Positions 34,864-38,341 of a stretch of DNA of 38,341 nucleotides are shown here, in pieces (position 1 is the stretch's first letter; each line of letters opens with the position of its first letter). This stretch comes from a virus: UHGV virus genome UHGV-0133281; one strand, 5' to 3'. A model generated the notes under the pieces. That model was given only the letters and a program-made list of their open reading frames with translations, searched no databases and had not been told where the DNA came from. The translations under genes were made by a program, and so were the position numbers.

Positions 34864-37497
34864 GTGATAGTTGTGATTAGGTTTAATCTAAATAGTAGAA
34901 TACTCATGTTTGCTATTTGTTCTTCTATTGAATATGATTTAAGACAGTATTTAATTACAAACCCTGTGAGTGTTTCTCTGCCTGATGAACTTTATAAAAA
35001 GGCTGTGAAAAGAAATGATAATATTCGTAATTTTTGCAATGCAAGTAGTATAGAAGAAATATTAATTGAACTAGACATGGGTGATTTAATAAGTATTATA
35101 AATTCAAAAGCTCCTAAATTTGGAATTAATATCGAAAATAAAAAGCGATTAAGCACAATCTTTGATAAAATAATCCCAATTAGAAATAAAATTATGCATA
35201 CTAGACCTATAGAATTTTCAGATAGAGGAATTTTAGAAGAAGCTTTATATAAAATTGATGAAGAGATACCATTCATCGATTGGAACGAGCTGTCTAGAAC
35301 TAGAGAAAAAGTAAAAAATAATCCTCAAAAATTAATAGTAGAAACTACTTTCAATCCAGAACCTGACAATACAACTAATATATATCATAACCTTCCTGTT
35401 CCAGAATTTGATGATACTGGATATATTGGTAGAAAAAAAGAAATAAAGGAATTACACAATTTAATTAATTCAGATAAAAATCAAATTATAACAGTAGTTG
35501 GAAATGGTGGGATTGGAAAAACTGCTATTGTAGTAAAAAGTTTATATGAGTTACTAGATGGCCCCAATCCATATAAGTTTGAAGCAATTATTTGGATTTC
35601 ATTGAAAACAAAAACGTTATCAAATGGAGAATTTATTAATATAAATGATAGTATAAATGAGCTTGGGAAAATGTATTCTGAACTTCATAAAAATACAGTA
35701 GATGATACTGAAGATTCAAAAAAAGACATTTTAAATTTTATGAATGAGTTTAAAACGCTACTAGTTATTGATAACCTAGAAACAATACCTACGGAAGAAA
35801 TAATAGATTTTTTAAAAGATATACCTTCTAAATCAAAAGTTTTGCTTACTTCAAGAAGTGGATTAGGTGAATTAGAAAACAGATATTCTCTTCAAGAGAT
35901 GAGTAAAGAAGATGCAAGGCAGTATTTTATATCTTTATCAAACTATTATCAATTAGAACTACACAAACAAGACCATGATAAATTAGACAATCTTATTAAA
36001 AATCATTTATATTCAAGCCCGTTATCAATCAAATGGTATATAACAAGTGTGTTTTATGGAGCAGATCCTATATCGGTTCTGAATGATAAAAACGATTTAG
36101 TTGAATTTGCAATGTCAAATATAGTAGATCATTTGACAAGAATGGAAATAGAAATTTTATGGCTATTATTAATTGAAGGAAAATCATTAAGTTATGGCGA
36201 AATAGATTACTATTTAGAACCCAAAGATGTACAAACTCTTATTACTAGTATAAATAAACTATCTTCTACTAGTATGTTGCGTTCCCATTATAGTGGTAGT
36301 TATGAAATTAATGGAATGGCTAAAGATTATTTAAAAACTTACAAAGCTCCGAATGGCGAATTTATAAAAAATATAAGTAAAAAAAGAACTTTTTTAAATA
36401 GTATGATGCAAGAAATAAAAACAAAGAATGAAGCTGAGCCTTTTAATCCTAAATCTCTGTTTAGTAATATGAAGAATGAGAATACTAAAATAGCATCTTA
36501 CTATTTAATAAAAGCTTTAGAATATAGTGGAAGAAGAGATTGGGAAAACGCAGAATTGATGATAAAAAAAGCAGAGAATGTCGCTCCAAATTATTTCGAA
36601 GTATATAAAATCAAAGCATTCATAAGTGCTGAGAACAATAATTTATTGGATGCAATTACATCATATAGAATTGCGATTGAGAATACACAAACAGAATTAG
36701 AGCTAGCCTCTGTTTACTATTTGTTTAGTGTGTTTTACACGATTAAGTTAACTGACTATATTTTGGCCAAAGAATTTATTGAGAAAGCAGATGAACTTTC
36801 AAAAAATCAACCTATAATTACTTTAGAAAAAGGTAGAGTATATATGTATTTAGGAGAGTATGAAAATGCAAGAGAAGTTTTTGAAGGAATCAATAAATCT
36901 GATTTGAAAACTGATAAAATATTAAATCAATATGCAAGTAGATTGTCAGACTTATATAGAAGAATGGCCGGAAATTATAATAATAGAGATAAGGAAAAAA
37001 AACATTTTTATTTAAAAAAGGCTATAGATGTAATTAATGAGTTAACAAATGTAGATCCAAAAACAGGTGTTACACTAATTAGAACTTTAACGGATTTAAC
37101 ATACAACCTATCTTATGAACCATCTTTAGATTTATTTAACTCAACATTTAATAGATATATAGGGATTATACAAAATAATAAAAGTAATTACATTAAAAAC
37201 CTGCGTAAACAGGTTATTTATAATAACACGTTATTACCAAAATTAGTTGTTGAAAAAGCATCTAATTTAGGCGTGAGTTTTTCAAGAAAAGCTAATGAAA
37301 TTACAGAAAATAACAAAGGAATAATTATTAAACTAACTGAAACATTTGGATTTATAAAAAACGCGCATCAAAATTTTTATTTTAAAGTTTATGATATTAA
37401 GTATTCTGATCCTAATTTAGGAGACAAAGTTTCGTTTGAAATTCGTGAAAATGAAAGAGGAGATGAAGCAACTCATATAGAAAAATGTATTGACTAA
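34864..37497 (+). CDS. HEPN / NB-ARC-type STAND NTPase / TPR-like repeats / C-terminal cold-shock-domain protein. Candidate single-gene Avs-like antiviral or abortive-infection system.
   Basis: N-terminal IPIRNKIMHTRP (R-N-x3-H HEPN motif). GRKKEI..ITVVGNGGIGKTAIV (Walker A), LLVIDNLE (Walker B), VLLTSRS (hhhTTR sensor), SSPLSIKW (GLPL-like). C-terminal helical repeats. The C-terminus has FGFIKNAHQNFYFKVYD...VSFEI (CSD RNP1- and RNP2-like). Very AT-rich. The start could instead be 34873 or 34906. Confidence 0.7.
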   Translation: MIVVIRFNLNSRILMFAICSSIEYDLRQYLITNPVSVSLPDELYKKAVKRNDNIRNFCNASSIEEILIELDMGDLISIINSKAPKFGINIENKKRLSTIFDKIIPIRNKIMHTRPIEFSDRGILEEALYKIDEEIPFIDWNELSRTREKVKNNPQKLIVETTFNPEPDNTTNIYHNLPVPEFDDTGYIGRKKEIKELHNLINSDKNQIITVVGNGGIGKTAIVVKSLYELLDGPNPYKFEAIIWISLKTKTLSNGEFININDSINELGKMYSELHKNTVDDTEDSKKDILNFMNEFKTLLVIDNLETIPTEEIIDFLKDIPSKSKVLLTSRSGLGELENRYSLQEMSKEDARQYFISLSNYYQLELHKQDHDKLDNLIKNHLYSSPLSIKWYITSVFYGADPISVLNDKNDLVEFAMSNIVDHLTRMEIEILWLLLIEGKSLSYGEIDYYLEPKDVQTLITSINKLSSTSMLRSHYSGSYEINGMAKDYLKTYKAPNGEFIKNISKKRTFLNSMMQEIKTKNEAEPFNPKSLFSNMKNENTKIASYYLIKALEYSGRRDWENAELMIKKAENVAPNYFEVYKIKAFISAENNNLLDAITSYRIAIENTQTELELASVYYLFSVFYTIKLTDYILAKEFIEKADELSKNQPIITLEKGRVYMYLGEYENAREVFEGINKSDLKTDKILNQYASRLSDLYRRMAGNYNNRDKEKKHFYLKKAIDVINELTNVDPKTGVTLIRTLTDLTYNLSYEPSLDLFNSTFNRYIGIIQNNKSNYIKNLRKQVIYNNTLLPKLVVEKASNLGVSFSRKANEITENNKGIIIKLTETFGFIKNAHQNFYFKVYDIKYSDPNLGDKVSFEIRENERGDEATHIEKCID

Positions 37498-37552
37498 ATT
37501 ATCTAGGACATGTAATATATAACTTATAATAAGAGTGACGCAAATAGTGTAG

Positions 37553-37582
37553 AAAGGGTGGCTTTAAGCTAGCCCTTTTTTG
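37553..37582 (+). terminator. Rho-independent terminator after the STAND gene
   Basis: AAGGGTGGCTTTAAGCTAGCCCTT hairpin followed by TTTTTTG. Confidence 0.6.
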
Positions 37583-37897
37583 TTATATGAACTATTTGTA
37601 ATGTGTAAAAAATGTTTTAAGGAAAAAATATTTTCCATTAATAGGATGCTTATCTGGGAAAATGCAGGTGTATTAATTTTGGCATAAAAAATAAGCCGTT
37701 TGTTTCATATTTACTGTATTTACCGATGCAATAAATATATGGTCGATATAGAAGGATAATGGAATGAAAGCGTACAATTTGAAGTACAACATATGAAAAT
37801 AGTCAATATTTATGAATATATTTCCGTAACTGGTACGCCAGAATAAAAAAACAAACCTAGCTCCCAGATGAGAGTGAGGCTTATTTTCTATACATGT

Positions 37898-38026
37898 TTA
37901 TTTAGGTTCACGAATGATATAAATCATATCGCTATCAATAAATTGTTTTTCTTTGTATTCAAAGTCTTCACCGTCATATTGTTCTAAATATTCAACGTCC
38001 TTCTCGGTTACGATCAAGCCGCACAT
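37898..38026 (-). CDS. Small hypothetical protein (42 aa), not in the ORF track
   Basis: On the minus strand, an ATG sits 6 nt after AAAGGAG. ORF MCGLIVTEKDVEYLEQYDGEDFEYKEKQFIDSDMIYIIREPK. Confidence 0.35.
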   Translation of the reverse strand: MCGLIVTEKDVEYLEQYDGEDFEYKEKQFIDSDMIYIIREPK

Positions 38027-38255
38027 CTTTTGCTCCTTTCATTGTTAGTTGTAAGTCACTAATTAACTTACATGTTTTTTATATCTTTATAGGGATATAA
38101 AAGTCAACAGGTTTTCCAAAGAAATTTAAACTTTTTTGAAAATAAGAACAAATATAAATGCTCTACTTCTCAATCATGGAAAGTAGAGCTTTTTTGTATG
38201 TAAAATATGCGAATAGTATTTGATGAAATAAAAATAGACTTTAAAATGATCAGAA

Positions 38256-38334
38256 TGCAAAACCAGTGCAAAATATTTTGCATTTCTCTTCTTTTTTATC
38301 CTTTTCTTATAGAAATTAAAAGAGCTAAAACCTT
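38256..38334. repeat. Right-side attP-proximal elements. TGCAAAA repeats at 38257-38263 and 38267-38273, including the 16-bp palindrome TGCAAAATATTTTGCA at 38267-38282. The right arm of the 17-bp inverted repeat is at 38318-38334.
   Basis: The same ATGCAAAAA motif occurs twice at 108-127 on the integrase side. 38318-38334 is the exact reverse complement of 2-18. Confidence 0.6.
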
Positions 38335-38341
38335 TATTTTA

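Noticed and set aside
34992-35276. 94-aa minus-strand ORF
   Set aside because: Antisense within the STAND gene. Ile/Leu/Ser-rich mirror composition.

Overview
The window reads as one complete temperate siphovirus-type genome of about 38.3 kb. It has a HK97-like head module and HNH/cos-type packaging, from a low-GC Firmicute host. The host is probably Enterococcus-like or another member of Lactobacillales, but it cannot be fixed from sequence alone. The two window ends are perfect reverse complements. Joined in a circle they form a terminator-like hairpin flanked by repeated TGCAAAA motifs, next to the tyrosine integrase. The attP core, or the attL/attR junctions, therefore sit at the window edges.

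Gene order, left to right:
- Lysogeny module: integrase (-), a HEPN-like moron (-), a lipoprotein (-), an ImmA protease (-) and a cI-like repressor (-). It faces a cro-like early operon (+) across an operator region built from the palindrome ACACTATAGTGT.
- Replication module: RecT, a PD-(D/E)XK nuclease, a DnaD-like replisome organiser with internal 11-bp iterons (candidate ori), a DnaC/IstB-like loader and a DUF1064 protein.
- A reverse-strand moron island: a DUF4145/HEPN-type zinc-ribbon protein with its own terminator, plus a small membrane protein.
- An ArpU-family late regulator.
- A 765-bp protein-free RNA island: a 12-bp inverted repeat hairpin, an approximately 130-nt tRNA-like element, tRNA-Lys(UUU) and a terminator.
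- Late genes: HNH endonuclease, a GC-rich candidate cos site, terS (P27 family), terL, portal, ClpP-like prohead protease and HK97-type major capsid. Then head-tail connectors, major tail protein, a Big_2 protein, the G/GT chaperone pair with an A AAA AAG -1 slip site, a 1582-aa tape measure, Dit, Tal and receptor-binding candidates. Lysis is two holins plus a signal-peptide GH25-like/SH3/2xLysM endolysin.

Most notable observations:
1. The last gene before attP encodes an 877-aa single-polypeptide STAND protein: N-terminal HEPN (R-N-x3-H), an NB-ARC-type NTPase (GNGGIGKT, LLVIDNLE, VLLTSR, SSPLS), TPR-like helical repeats and a C-terminal cold-shock domain (FGFI). Its sequence is strongly AT-shifted. 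This is a candidate Avs-like antiviral or abortive-infection system with an unusual CSD module.
2. Two more HEPN-motif proteins sit at the other two classic moron slots.
3. Both the major capsid and major tail genes have conserved -1-frame C-terminal extensions (..VT.TTDGA..) after a shared AAGTAGCAA(T/G)CCCC nucleotide motif. This implies programmed recoding that yields long structural variants.
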